From Proteobacteria bacterium UBA5680 (GTDB lineage: Bacteria; Pseudomonadota; Gammaproteobacteria; Arenicellales; UBA5680), in assembly GCA_002420425.1 (NCBI GenBank), contig DIIC01000044.1:68743-132742 (forward strand): a stretch of 64,000 nucleotides of DNA, read 5' to 3'. Shown in pieces: positions 19,214 to 27,117 of the stretch (positions are counted from its first letter, which is position 1; each line of letters opens with the position of its first letter). The position numbers and the translations under genes are program-made. Below the pieces are notes generated by a model. It ran no database searches, had not been told where the DNA came from, and saw only the letters and a program-made list of their open reading frames with translations.

Positions 19214-19215
19214 CA

Positions 19216-21060
19216 ATGGGAAAGAAAGAGACAACCGTCAATAAAGTGATGGAAACAGCTCAGCAGCTGTTTCTTGATGGCAGCTATGCCGACGTCACCA
19301 TGGATCAGATTGCGGCTGGAGCAGATGTAACCAAAGGGGCGCTCTACCACCACTATTCGAGCAAAGAGGATCTCTATCTGGCAATGATGATCTCAGACCT
19401 GAAGGAGAAAAAAGCGCTTTTCAGCACTGCGGTCGGCCTAAAGGGAAGTTGCCAGGAACGCTTGCGCAACCTGACAGAAGCGTTTCTCATGCTGCCCCCA
19501 AAAAAACGTCTGCTCATAAAACTGGTCAGGCGCAATATTAATACCCTCGGGATCCCCACCCGAAATCAACTAATCAATGCCTATCAGGAGGCCCTGCCCA
19601 ATCAGGTCCAATCGATAATTGAAGACGGTATTGCCAGCAAAGAACTTAAACCCGGAGACCCCCGATTGCTTGCCTGGTCATTTGTCGCCCTGGTGGAGAC
19701 CGTCCTGAGCCTCCATGCTGACAGAATACTCAACGGCAAAGAGAGCAAGCTTGAGTTTGTGCTGAACCTCTTCCTCAACGGCGCCTGTGACCAGAAGGCG
19801 ACAGAGGCGGTAACCGACTTGCTGCAAGACCTTGCAACCACACCAACTGAAGATGACATTATCATCCCCTCTGCGGCCCCGACCCGGAGCGTGGACGACC
19901 CCGTATTTCCTGAGTGGCGAGGCAAGGATCTTGATGACATCCTGCTTGAATGCCGGGATTTGGTTGAGGATGACACCTACCCTACTCTCAGCCGCTGGAG
20001 AGAGAGTGGCAGAAAGATACTGGGACACTTTCAGGTCTACTTTCCTGAAGAGATTGCCCATGCTGCCGACATGCTCCCCTTTAAGGTCAGGGGTGGAACC
20101 GTTGAACCCACCCATGCAGACTCTCGCTTTGGTTCCTATCTCTGCTCGATTCTAAAAACCTCCATGGAACTGGTACTGAGTGATCGGGTCAAACTGGACA
20201 TGTTCGTCACTCACCCGATTTGTGACGCGGCTCGCAATCTCGCAGCCGTATGGGGACGCAACTTTGACTACCCCTGCCAGATCCTCTACCTCCCACAAAA
20301 TGCAAACTCCGGATACACCGCAACCTATCTCCAGGGAGAGTATGACCGACTTCAGAGCACCATCGAAGAGATCTCTGGCAACAGCGTCACCCAGGAGGAG
20401 CTCTCTCAATCGATCGCCCTCTTTAATCGTAACCGGGCACTACTGAGAGAACTCTATGAGATCAAGCGTGACACTCCATGGCTGGTCTCAGCAGAAGATG
20501 CCTACTGTCTGGTAGCTATTAGTGGTCTGATCCCCAAGGAGGAGCACAACCTTCTGCTTGAGACTGTCCTCCCCATGATCCGAAGCCGAACCGATGCAAA
20601 AAAAGAGGATCGGATCCGTATTGTCTTTGAAGGGGGCTTCTGTGAGCAGCCGCCACTCGATCTGATTCGAATGGTTGGCCAGACTTGCTATGTGGTGGAT
20701 GATGACCTGCTGATCGGGCTGCGCTGGATTCTGGAAGATATCCCCACCGAAGGTGACCTCCTCCACAATCTTGCTGATGCGTATTTGGAAAAATCCTCCT
20801 ACAGCCCGGTACAACACGACCTTCGCAAACCGAAAGAGAAGATGTTGCAGCAGCGCGTTGAACAGTCCGGTGCTGAAGCCGTCATCCTGACCGCAGCGAA
20901 GATGTGTGAGCCGGGACTCGAAGAGCAGGTAGCCTACACCCACACGCTGGATAAGGACGGCACCGCCTACTTCGTCAGTGAATTTGAAGAGAATATGACC
21001 AGTTTCGACCATTTGGGGCTGCAACTGGAGACATTCATGGAGAACCTGCTCTTTAGCTAA
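19216..21060 (+). CDS. Fusion protein: full TetR-family regulator (aa 1-~190) + BcrC/BzdN/HgdB-type 2-hydroxyacyl-CoA dehydratase/benzoyl-CoA reductase family subunit (aa ~240-614)
   Basis: N-terminal TetR HTH (VTMDQIAAGADVTKGALYHHYSSKEDLYLAMM) plus a helical ligand domain, then an acidic/Pro linker. The C-terminal part has HGD-D family features (KILGHFQVYFPEEIAHAADMLPF, SYLCS, HPICDAARN, KMCEPGLEE). It is one uninterrupted ORF. Confidence 0.8.
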   Translation: MGKKETTVNKVMETAQQLFLDGSYADVTMDQIAAGADVTKGALYHHYSSKEDLYLAMMISDLKEKKALFSTAVGLKGSCQERLRNLTEAFLMLPPKKRLLIKLVRRNINTLGIPTRNQLINAYQEALPNQVQSIIEDGIASKELKPGDPRLLAWSFVALVETVLSLHADRILNGKESKLEFVLNLFLNGACDQKATEAVTDLLQDLATTPTEDDIIIPSAAPTRSVDDPVFPEWRGKDLDDILLECRDLVEDDTYPTLSRWRESGRKILGHFQVYFPEEIAHAADMLPFKVRGGTVEPTHADSRFGSYLCSILKTSMELVLSDRVKLDMFVTHPICDAARNLAAVWGRNFDYPCQILYLPQNANSGYTATYLQGEYDRLQSTIEEISGNSVTQEELSQSIALFNRNRALLRELYEIKRDTPWLVSAEDAYCLVAISGLIPKEEHNLLLETVLPMIRSRTDAKKEDRIRIVFEGGFCEQPPLDLIRMVGQTCYVVDDDLLIGLRWILEDIPTEGDLLHNLADAYLEKSSYSPVQHDLRKPKEKMLQQRVEQSGAEAVILTAAKMCEPGLEEQVAYTHTLDKDGTAYFVSEFEENMTSFDHLGLQLETFMENLLFS

Positions 21061-21096
21061 CCGCTAAAGTGCGATAAGCCCGAGGAGGAACTGATA

Positions 21097-22395
21097 ATGG
21101 CCGACCAAACAAAGAGTAAAGAGATTGTAGGACGTGGCGCAAGAGATGGCGCCGAGCTATTCAGGGAGTGGTTTAGCTCGCTCAGTGATGTCGCCGAGAA
21201 GGATGGGAAGAACGCCTATGTGTTTGTAATGGGAAGCATGAATGAAATCCTCAAGGCCTTTGACCTGCCCGTGGTCTTTCCTGAGATTAACTCCCTGCAA
21301 ACGGCTGTTCGCAAGGTGGCGCATGAGTTCCTTGATGAGGCTGAAGATTATGGTTACTCACCCGATATCTGTGGTTATGTGAAGGCCGATGTTGCGGTAC
21401 AGCTCAGGGGCGGGGACCACCCGATGGGCCAGATACCCAAACCCTCTATGGCGGTCTACACCAACGCCTGTAATACCTATATCAAGTGGGCCGAGATCTG
21501 GGAGCGCATGTATGGCATTCCCATTTTCACTCTCGACGTTCCCGGCACCCGACAGGGCGGTGTGGTTACATCACGGGGTGAGCGCAGTTTTGAAAATGAC
21601 CGCAGTTATGTTGAAGCCCAGCTGCGTGAACTGATCACGCTCTGTGAAGAGGTAACGGGGAAAAAGTTTGATATCGATAAGCTACGTGAAGTACTGGGTC
21701 ATGCCAATGATGTCAGTACATCCTGGAGTCGGGTGCTTGAGTTAAATTCAAACACGCCCTCTGTATTCAATGCTTTGACCGACGGCACTATCTACCTTGG
21801 TGTCGCCAACGGCTTTCGAGGGACAGCGGCGGGAAGCACCTACTTTAAAAACCTGGTTGAAGAGATGGAGTACAAAGTTAAGCACAGGATCGGCACGCTG
21901 ACTGATGAACAGCACAGACTGCTCTTCGTCGGCGTCCCCTGTTACCCCATATTCCGCCGTTTTAATGAGATCTTTGCCGAGTGGAAGGGAACTTTTGTCA
22001 ACTCTACCTATCTCTGGTTTGCATCGGGTGGAACCAATCGAGGCTTCCAGTATGACCTCAACCGGCCGATCGAGAGCCTGGCGGAAGGGGTGTTGCTGAG
22101 TGTAAGAGACGCCATGGACAGCATGTTCCACCAGAGCATGATGGTCGAAGAAATGTTGAGAGACATGAATGTGGATGGCGTCGTCTACCACCCCATCAAA
22201 AGCTGCCGTACCGTCTCAACCGGGCTTGCAGACAGCCGTCGTTACCTGATGGAACAGTGCGACGTACCCTCACTCTTTATTGAGTCTGACATGATGGACA
22301 AACGTGTTGTCTCTGAAGCCCAGATGAAAAACCGCATTGATGCCTTCTTTGAAGGGTTAGAAACCCGTCGGGCACAGCAGAGTGCAGTAGCGTAA
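21097..22395 (+). CDS. BcrB/BzdO/HgdA-type 2-hydroxyacyl-CoA dehydratase/benzoyl-CoA reductase family subunit
   Basis: 432 aa. HGD-D family pattern ([55 protein letters not shown]). Second gene in Bcr/Bzd-like order. Confidence 0.8.
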   Translation: MADQTKSKEIVGRGARDGAELFREWFSSLSDVAEKDGKNAYVFVMGSMNEILKAFDLPVVFPEINSLQTAVRKVAHEFLDEAEDYGYSPDICGYVKADVAVQLRGGDHPMGQIPKPSMAVYTNACNTYIKWAEIWERMYGIPIFTLDVPGTRQGGVVTSRGERSFENDRSYVEAQLRELITLCEEVTGKKFDIDKLREVLGHANDVSTSWSRVLELNSNTPSVFNALTDGTIYLGVANGFRGTAAGSTYFKNLVEEMEYKVKHRIGTLTDEQHRLLFVGVPCYPIFRRFNEIFAEWKGTFVNSTYLWFASGGTNRGFQYDLNRPIESLAEGVLLSVRDAMDSMFHQSMMVEEMLRDMNVDGVVYHPIKSCRTVSTGLADSRRYLMEQCDVPSLFIESDMMDKRVVSEAQMKNRIDAFFEGLETRRAQQSAVA

Positions 22396-22412
22396 CCCCC
22401 AGGGAGAATATA

Positions 22413-23222
22413 ATGACTTATGCAGCAGGAGTAGATATCGGCTCAACACAGAGCAAGGCGGTGATCATTGATGAAGAGGGTAACATCGTAGCGACCTCCC
22501 TTGATGACACCGGTGCAAATGTAATCCAGGCCGCAGAGAAGGTCTTTCAGCAGGCCCTCAAAGCAGCCAACCTGAGGGAAGAAGAGGTGGATTATGTCAT
22601 TGGTACCGGTTACGGCCGCTACCGAGTAACCTTCGGTAATGACCAGATAACCGAAATCAGTTGTCATGCCCGTGGGGCTGTCAAAATGTTTCCTGACACC
22701 AGAACAGTGATTGACATGGGGGGCCAGGATACCAAGGCAATCAGTGTCAGTGCAGAGGGTGAGATTGTCGACTTCTGTATGAACGACAAGTGTGCAGCAG
22801 GTACAGGCCGCTTTCTTGGTGCAGCGGCCCAGGCGCTCGACCTCAAGCTTGATGACCTGGGAGTGACCGCACTGCAGGCAGAAAAACCTGTTCGCATCAG
22901 CACCACCTGTACTGTTTTTGCTGAATCTGAAGTCCTTTCATGGTTGGGAAAGGGGAAGAAACTGCCTGATATCCTCTGGGGAGTGCACCAGTCGATTGCT
23001 TCACGCTCGATGGCTCTGCTGCGACGGGTTGGTATTGAAGACAAAATCACCTTCACCGGTGGGGTCACTCGTAATGTTGCCATGGTGAAGGCTCTTGAGG
23101 ATCGCCTTGAAACCAAACTCAATGTCGGCGAAGAGGCTCACTATATGGGTGCCCTTGGGGCAGCCCTCTTTGCCCTGGACCACATTCTCAACAGCCGAAA
23201 ACCCGTATCGGAGGTGGCGTAA
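22413..23222 (+). CDS. BcrAD/BadFG/HgdC-family ATPase (electron-activating subunit 1)
   Basis: 269 aa. ASKHA-fold motifs GVDIGST and DMGGQDTK. Cluster-bridging Cys motifs [12 protein letters not shown] and CTVFAESEV. Confidence 0.85.
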   Translation: MTYAAGVDIGSTQSKAVIIDEEGNIVATSLDDTGANVIQAAEKVFQQALKAANLREEEVDYVIGTGYGRYRVTFGNDQITEISCHARGAVKMFPDTRTVIDMGGQDTKAISVSAEGEIVDFCMNDKCAAGTGRFLGAAAQALDLKLDDLGVTALQAEKPVRISTTCTVFAESEVLSWLGKGKKLPDILWGVHQSIASRSMALLRRVGIEDKITFTGGVTRNVAMVKALEDRLETKLNVGEEAHYMGALGAALFALDHILNSRKPVSEVA

Positions 23223-24052
23223 TGGATTACACCGCAGGCATTGATGTAGGTTCGACCTACACCAAGTGCGTCATACTCTCTTCTGAAGGTGAGCTTATCA
23301 GCCACTCCCTCGCACCAACGGGTTTCAAGCTGACAGAGGTGGCGGAGAAAACTCTGAACGACTGTATTGAAAAGGCAAGCCTCAACCGAGAAGATATCCG
23401 CTATCTGATCTCAACCGGCTTCGGACGGCATCAGGTCAATGGGAAAGATATTGCAATCACCGACCTTACCGCCAGCGCCCGGGGCGCCAACTTTTGCTTT
23501 GCCGATACACGCACTGTACTCGATATCGGTGGCCAGACAATGAAAGCGAGCCGTCTTGATGACTTGGCCAAGGTTCAGTCATTCAGGCTAAACGACAAGT
23601 GTGCTGCCGGAACCGGTGCCTTTCTTGAAAAGACAGCATTCTACATGGGTTATACCACTGAAGATGTTGGGGCCCTGCTTTCAACGTCAAGAGAGGATGT
23701 CTCGATCTCAGGAGTCTGCGCCGTCTTTGCGGAGTCAGAAGTGATCAACCACCTCTCCCAGGGGACCGCTCCCGCTGACATCATGCAGGGTGCGATCACT
23801 TCCCTTATCAGCCGCTCCATTCAGCTCATGAAGCGTGTCCGTGCCGAACCAGGCTTTACCCTGGTTGGCGGATTGCTGCGCTTTAGTACCATGGTGGACG
23901 ATATTCAGGAGAAGCTGGGGGCCAAGGTTAATGTTCCCAAGGGCGACCTGGTGCAGTTTACTTCTGCATTGGGAGCAGCCGTTCTGGGTCATCACCGCTT
24001 GAAGAAGCTGGGCAAGGGTGGAGGCCTTAGTGTCTCCTCAATCGCTGCATAA
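23222..24052 (+). CDS. BcrAD/BadFG/HgdC-family ATPase (electron-activating subunit 2)
   Basis: 276 aa, a paralog of the preceding gene ([36 protein letters not shown]). Its start overlaps the upstream stop by 1 nt (TAATG). Confidence 0.85.
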   Translation: MDYTAGIDVGSTYTKCVILSSEGELISHSLAPTGFKLTEVAEKTLNDCIEKASLNREDIRYLISTGFGRHQVNGKDIAITDLTASARGANFCFADTRTVLDIGGQTMKASRLDDLAKVQSFRLNDKCAAGTGAFLEKTAFYMGYTTEDVGALLSTSREDVSISGVCAVFAESEVINHLSQGTAPADIMQGAITSLISRSIQLMKRVRAEPGFTLVGGLLRFSTMVDDIQEKLGAKVNVPKGDLVQFTSALGAAVLGHHRLKKLGKGGGLSVSSIAA

Positions 24053-24054
24053 AG

Positions 24055-24348
24055 ATGGGTGATCATAGCCCTCAGGAAGCCTCGGCACTCAGGGTATCCC
24101 TTCCCGACGAGGAGGGCATCCACAGGAATCTTGAGCTTGAGGCTGAGGGTTGGGAGAAACGATACCTGGCCGAACCCGATCGTGCCAAAGAGGCAGTGGC
24201 GATGTACTCCTCTCTGGGTTATGAGGTCAAAGAGCATAAAATTCAACCCGATGAATTCAGCTCTGCCTGCGGGGAGTGCCCCTCTATGGTTTGTCGAACC
24301 CATGTGATGATCTATACCCGAAAAAAAGGGCCCCCAAGAGAAAAATAA
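24055..24348 (+). CDS. Small acidic Cys-containing protein of unknown function, operon-coupled
   Basis: 97-aa ORF starting 2 nt after the stop of the second ATPase. It contains ...GWEKRYLAEPDRAKEAVAMYSSLGYEV...CGECPSMVC...IYTRKK. No family recognised, and a competing overlapping-frame ORF exists at 24059-24307. Confidence 0.4.
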   Translation: MGDHSPQEASALRVSLPDEEGIHRNLELEAEGWEKRYLAEPDRAKEAVAMYSSLGYEVKEHKIQPDEFSSACGECPSMVCRTHVMIYTRKKGPPREK

Positions 24349-24426
24349 CTGCCCTGTCTAGAGCAACAAGACTCTCTCACCTCCTCCCGAATCGATCCCA
24401 CAACAACGCTCGGCAGGGCTGGCCAC

Positions 24427-25038
24427 TCATGCCTTTCCACTGCGGAAATATCCCGCAATTTTCCCAAAGACCCCCTTTATTCCGCGCCAGATTTTCGGCA
24501 TCAGCCAGGCAAAAGCAGCGACCATCAACGCCAGGGCGACAATAAACAGCCAGGGGTGATTGAGTGCCGCCCACAATCCAGCGATTACAATTACATCTTC
24601 AGCTACCGATGTGACCCCGTTGCTGAAAGGCTCTGGTGAGGTGTTGATCAACACCCTGCCTCCCGCCTTGGTGAAGTGAGACCCTGCAGAGAGTGCCCCC
24701 CCGATGATAAGGCCGGCCAACTCTGCCTCTGGGCCCAATGGGGCAATCGCAGCAGAGGCCAGCATTGCACCGGCTGGAATTCGGATGAAACTGTGAATGG
24801 CATCCCACCCTGTATCGACACCGGGGATCTTGTCGGCAAAGAACTCAACACAGTACATAAATCCTGCAGCAACCATTACCGGGATTGTTGAGAGAATCTG
24901 CAGCTCTGGAGGGAGGGTGGCAGCCCCTGAGTAGCCCATATAGCCAAGTATGAAAATGGCCGCATAGAGGTTAATTCCACTCGCCCAGGCTACACCCATG
25001 GCGGTGGCAATAAGGGTAACCAGTTCAATCTGTTCCAC
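24427..25038 (-). CDS. DUF4126 family membrane protein
   Basis: 203 aa. The N-terminal ...GVAWASGINLYAAIFILG...FADKIPGVDTGWDAIH pattern is typical of DUF4126. Confidence 0.7.
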   Translation of the reverse strand: MEQIELVTLIATAMGVAWASGINLYAAIFILGYMGYSGAATLPPELQILSTIPVMVAAGFMYCVEFFADKIPGVDTGWDAIHSFIRIPAGAMLASAAIAPLGPEAELAGLIIGGALSAGSHFTKAGGRVLINTSPEPFSNGVTSVAEDVIVIAGLWAALNHPWLFIVALALMVAAFAWLMPKIWRGIKGVFGKIAGYFRSGKA

Positions 25039-25307
25039 TTCTCTACTCCTGGATAGTTTCGGCCAGACCCTGTGAAGCGTTGTTCAACCCTTCATCTGAT
25101 TATTCGATCGTTCCGGCTAACCATACGCTCGAAAACAGATATGAGGACTGCACCCTCTAGTGCCGGACAAGCGATCAGAGTGTCTCTTTCAGCTCCACCA
25201 GAGGATTATCTTCTCACAAATCCAATTCTACGGGATAATAATTGGTGGAGAGAGTCTGTTCTCGACAGTTCTCAATTGATCAATAACCCTCTACTTGGAA
25301 TATCATC

Positions 25308-25544
25308 ATGGTCGATATAAGCGTTATTACCCTTCTTGTGCTTGTGACACTTGTGCTGGCTCTGATCCTGATTGGCCGTCAAATTAACCACTCTCTGATG
25401 CAAATTGCAGATGAACTTAATCGGATGAGAACCCATTCAGGTGATGAGACCACTCAAACTCTACGAGACCAGATCTCTCCTGTTGAGGATGAGGAGCGAG
25501 CTGAAGATGGAGCGCTCTTTGAGCGAACTCTGCCACGGCTATAA
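25308..25544 (+). CDS. Hypothetical N-terminally anchored small protein
   Basis: 78-aa ORF with one N-terminal TM (ISVITLLVLVTLVLALILIG) and an acidic tail. No homolog recognised. Confidence 0.3.
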   Translation: MVDISVITLLVLVTLVLALILIGRQINHSLMQIADELNRMRTHSGDETTQTLRDQISPVEDEERAEDGALFERTLPRL

Positions 25545-25574
25545 ACCAAGACTCACTCTCAAAGAGAAGCCCTT

Positions 25575-25724
25575 TTGAAAAAAGGCAATAAAAAATTCGA
25601 TATTATTATTATCGGTGGGCGCCATAATGGCTTTATCTGTGCCGCCTACCTTGCGGCCCAAAACATTCTTCAGGATCGCAAAAAAAGAGGATATCGTGAC
25701 TCAGCCTCCCCGCCGGTCAACTAA
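25575..25724 (+). pseudogene. Relic of the N-terminus of an FAD/NAD(P)-binding (CrtI/phytoene-desaturase-like) oxidoreductase
   Basis: Own translation gives (L)KKGNKKFDIIIIGGRHNGFICAAYLAAQN, followed by unrelated residues and a stop. It resembles the Rossmann start YDVIIIGGGHNGLVCAAYLA but reads GGRHNG instead of GGGHNG and is only ~30 homologous codons long. The 3' end overlaps the convergent MFS gene. Confidence 0.4.
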
Positions 25725-26921
25725 AAAATGAAGTGCTGCAGGCCCTAGCAGGCCCACCACACCCAATGAGGCAAATGCCAGCCCCCAACTAACGAGGTGT
25801 TCACCATCCCCTGACAGATCAAGCACTATCCCCATCGCCAGTGGACCAAAAATGCCGCCGACAAAACCGACCATTGAGTGGACGGCCAGGGTCACACCCC
25901 GGGTCTTGGGTGTGGCCGCAGCAACGACTGCAGCGGTGAGTGCTGATGAGTCAAGCTGAACCATGATGCTGTAGAGCAGAACCAACACAATGACCAGCAG
26001 GTAGGGCCAGGAGGCGGTAAATCCAAGGCCAGACGCAACGAGGGTGGATAACAACATCGTGACCGTGACCATCTGCTTTGCGCCCATAACTCTTGCAAGC
26101 TCCTGGCCCACTATACTGGCTATCATGGCAATCATTGCAGAAATAGTGGCAATCTCGGTTGGCTGGAGGTAGCTGCCGGAAACCACGCTATTGCTCGCCA
26201 GGCTAAAGGCTAGAAAAGCCACCAGCCAGGTACGCATCGCAAACAGCTCCCAGGCATGTATTCCGTAGGCGAAAATGAACCCCATCGCATTCCGGTTTTG
26301 GATTACGAGGGCAAAATTCAGCACCTGGCGAAGAGGTTTTGAATCTCGTTCACGCTCCACTTTAAGTGGCTTTACTCCAACCCCAACGAGCGCTCCCGCC
26401 AACAGGGCTGACCCGGCCGCTATCAGAAAGACATATGACCAGCCATAGAGCGCTTCAACCCAACCGGCAACCAGAAAAGAGCTTGCCGTTCCAAGGCTAA
26501 AACAGGCGGTATAAAATGCCACGACACGCCCTTGTTGGGAGAGGCCTATCCGATCGAGCACCATCTTCAATCCTGGCATGTAGGTTCCTGCAAGCCCGGC
26601 CCCACCCACTACATGGAAACATAACGCACTCCAGAAACCCTCTGCAAAGAGGGCAAAACCCATCCAGGCAACCACTGTCAGGCCCACTCCCAACAACCAG
26701 ATGCGACGGGCATCCACACGATCTGTAAAGCCCATCAGTAGCGGTACTGTCGCCACGTAGCCGGCAAAGTAGAGGCCGGTAATCCAACCCGCTTCAGAGT
26801 GAGTCAGGCCCCACTGCTGGATAAAACCCGGAAGCATGGCTGGGAAGGCAAAAGCCCCCATCATGGTGAGAGTCTCTGCCAAACAGGCGAGAAGTGTAAG
26901 GGGGAGTATTTGAGCGGCCAT
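25701..26921 (-). CDS. MFS transporter
   Basis: 406 aa with about 12 predicted TM helices and a loop motif GFTDRVDARR between TM2 and TM3. Confidence 0.85.
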   Translation of the reverse strand: MAAQILPLTLLACLAETLTMMGAFAFPAMLPGFIQQWGLTHSEAGWITGLYFAGYVATVPLLMGFTDRVDARRIWLLGVGLTVVAWMGFALFAEGFWSALCFHVVGGAGLAGTYMPGLKMVLDRIGLSQQGRVVAFYTACFSLGTASSFLVAGWVEALYGWSYVFLIAAGSALLAGALVGVGVKPLKVERERDSKPLRQVLNFALVIQNRNAMGFIFAYGIHAWELFAMRTWLVAFLAFSLASNSVVSGSYLQPTEIATISAMIAMIASIVGQELARVMGAKQMVTVTMLLSTLVASGLGFTASWPYLLVIVLVLLYSIMVQLDSSALTAAVVAAATPKTRGVTLAVHSMVGFVGGIFGPLAMGIVLDLSGDGEHLVSWGLAFASLGVVGLLGPAALHFLVDRRGG

Positions 26922-26928
26922 TTTAAAT

Positions 26929-27002
26929 TGGAGCGGGTGATGGGAATCGAACCCACGTTATTAGCTTGGGAAGCTAAAGTTCTACCATTGAACTACACCC
27001 GC
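26929..27002 (-). tRNA. tRNA-Gly (anticodon CCC)
   Basis: The reverse complement GCGGGTGTAGTTCAATGGTAGAACTTTAGCTTCCCAAGCTAATAACGTGGGTTCGATTCCCATCACCCGCTCCA folds as a cloverleaf with anticodon loop TTCCCAA. Confidence 0.9.
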
Positions 27003-27117
27003 AATGTACAGTGGGGTGATTTTCACATGGAGTTGAGTACTTTTCCAACCATCAGAGCAGTGATTGCTGTTGTCAGGATTGACCCCGATGGACCATTCGC
27101 CGTAGTCTCCTGCCGCC

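Noticed and set aside
19216-24052. Calling the four-gene set benzoyl-CoA reductase (bzdNOPQ/bcrCBAD).
   Set aside because: Order and sizes fit. However, no other benzoyl-CoA pathway gene, ferredoxin or CoA ligase is nearby, the first subunit carries a TetR fusion, and the family has many non-aromatic members. A substrate cannot be inferred from sequence inspection alone.
24059-24307. 82-aa ORF in an overlapping frame with the 97-aa ORF after the second ATPase. Also the antisense 103-aa ORF at 23992-24303.
   Set aside because: The 24055 frame has the tighter start coupling (2 nt after the upstream stop) and a more protein-like composition. The alternatives are Arg/Pro/Ser-rich. None of the three can be confirmed without comparative data.
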